Below the pieces are notes generated by a model that saw nothing but the letters and a program-made list of their open reading frames with translations, did not search any database and was not told where the DNA came from. A stretch of DNA of 64,000 nt from Mobula birostris (Eukaryota), in assembly GCF_030028105.1 (NCBI RefSeq), contig NC_092374.1, positions 90,238,491-90,302,490 of the forward strand, in the 5' to 3' direction. Shown here one piece after another: positions 62,171 to 64,000 of the stretch. A program made the translations under genes and the position numbers. Position 1 is the first letter of the stretch, and the number at the start of each line of letters is the position of its first letter.

Positions 62171-63484
62171 TCAATAATCTTCAGAGATTTTCTGCCTGGT
62201 GTCAGTGGTCGCATAAAGAGGATGTGATGTGCTAAGCAGGTGCTACACCTTGCCCACGGGTGACCTGCTGGCCAGCAAAATCAGAATCAGGTTTAATATC
62301 ACTGGCATATGTTGTGAAATTTGTTAATTTTGCAGCAGTGGTACAATACAAAACATAATAATAGAGAGAAATGAAAACTGAATAACAGTAAATATATATA
62401 CACACATACAGTAAATACTTAGATAAAAAAAATAAAAAGTAGTGAGGTGGTGTTCACGGGTTCAATGTCCATTCAGAAGTCGGATTGCAGAGAGGAAGAA
62501 GCTGTTCCTGAATCACTGAGAAGAGTGAAAGAGAGCCTTGGTTTGACGTACCACCACCCAAAAACAATAACAGAATGCATATTAAAGTGTTACAGTTACA
62601 GAAAGAGTGCAGTGCAGGCAGAAAATAAGGAACAAGGGGTAGATTGTGAGGTCAAGAGTCCATCTTATCATGCTAGGTGACCAAAGGACATTCTCATAAT
62701 GGTTGGGTAGAAGCCGTCCTTGGTGGTACGTGCTTTCAGACTTTTGTACCTTCTGCCTGATGGGAAAGGGGAGAAGAGGATATCTGGGGTGGGTGGGGTC
62801 ATTGATTATGCTGCCATTGAGAAATGTAGGCAGAGCCAATAGAATGGAGGCTAGTTTCCACAACTATCTGCAATTTCCTAGGGCCATGGGCCCTAGATGT
62901 GACAGATTCCTCTCCTTTGAGGGAGAGCAGAGTTCCTGCCTCCGCAAAGTGGACCACAACTTTGTCGTAGGGTTTGGAGGCTTGCATGCCTCAATGACCC
63001 AGAGCGATGCTGACTGGAGTCAGGGCTTCATGCTTTGGCTCTTGGTAGGGTCATCCAAGCCAAACAGGTCAAAGGGTAGAGGCCAGACTGAGAGTGGTCC
63101 ACCAGACTTCCAGTTTCAGGGGTTCAGCTCAGGGTTAACGACCTTGACCGATCAAACAAAATTGTTATGGAAACAGCAATGAAGGATCCTTCTACATCTG
63201 AGGTGACGGTATTCCCGAGTCTCCACCCGGGACTTGCATAACTGACCATAGTGAAAACTGAGAGGAAGCTGCTGACATGATGAAGGAAGCCCTGAACACC
63301 ACCAGAGATGGCGGACCTTCATTGCTGCCCTGAACACCAGTGGTGTAACAGGCAGTAAGTAGAGGTCCTGCTAGTGTGGCCCAGCAATCACAGTTCTCCC
63401 TCAAGCATCAGGAGAGCTGTTGCCAACGCCTTGTGCATATGAATTGATGCTGTGCTAGCCACTTGCCAGCTAGTGAGTAACTTG

Positions 63485-63506
63485 GGGAAATGTAGTTTAC
63501 CGGAAG
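63485..63506. promoter_or_regulatory. ZNF143/SBS-like motif next to an ETS motif
   Basis: GGGAAATGTAGT (reverse complement ACTACATTTCCC) at 63485-63496 and CCGGAAG at 63500-63506 in non-repeat DNA; motif match only. Confidence 0.3.
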
Positions 63507-64000
63507 CTGGCTTAAGCATAATGTATGCTCTGCATTACATGGTGTGAGCCTCGAATATTTGTACAATAACAGCTTTGCAAGTCAGACTTGCATTGATCAT
63601 GACCACAGGAATTGCTTGAAAATGCATTTAACACAGGAAAGAACTTGCAGCTTTGGGCTGACAGGTTTTTTTTATCCCAGCCCTATCTTTGTTTGAATCT
63701 TTCGAATGAGTTCTAGTTGAGTAGATTTCTCATGCGCACTGCTAATGTAGGTTTCAAGATAAGACGTGCTGTGCCTTGCCATTTCGTTGGGCAGCCTGAG
63801 GCTTCTCTGGTTCCTCAACATCAGCTCAGTAACTACTGTCTGAACGTGCAGATGCTGGTGGGTGAAGCTCCGAAATCTCACAGCTTCAGATCTCAGTCCG
63901 GACTGAACATAGAAAACAGATCTTCACAGGCCCTTCAGCCCACAATGTCGTGCTGACTCATTAGCTGACTCCAAGATCAGTCTAATCTTTTCCTCCCGCA

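Overview
Repeat-dense vertebrate genomic DNA. The CR1 LINEs with esterase ORF1, Penelope-like, Rex1/Babar, V-SINE, Tc1-like and hAT elements suggest a cartilaginous fish, probably a ray (inference). Most of the ORF track is transposon debris. Hidden between the repeats, all on the minus strand, is a tandem cluster of spliced Ig-superfamily receptor genes, reconstructed by hand from GT-AG sites and all-phase-1 introns. Gene D (57327->48611 or 42154) is leader, one VJ-type V domain (NKp30/TMIGD2/CD28-like), uncharged TM and tail. Gene A (35194->21593) is leader, two PILR/Siglec/NKp30-like V domains, a TM with an Arg, and a 53-nt last exon ending QETQL*, a class I PDZ-ligand pattern. Gene B (16355->10539) is a paralog that keeps only its leader and last exon after an internal deletion. 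Gene C has only its leader (262-220) in the window. The promoter/leader block, the ETQL exon and the intergenic transposon scaffold are each present three times, so this is a segmental array evolving by birth and death. Also present: a CR1 copy with a twin-priming-type 5' inversion and an 8-bp target-site duplication. Gene models and family assignments are by eye, with no RNA or database evidence; repeat boundaries are approximate.
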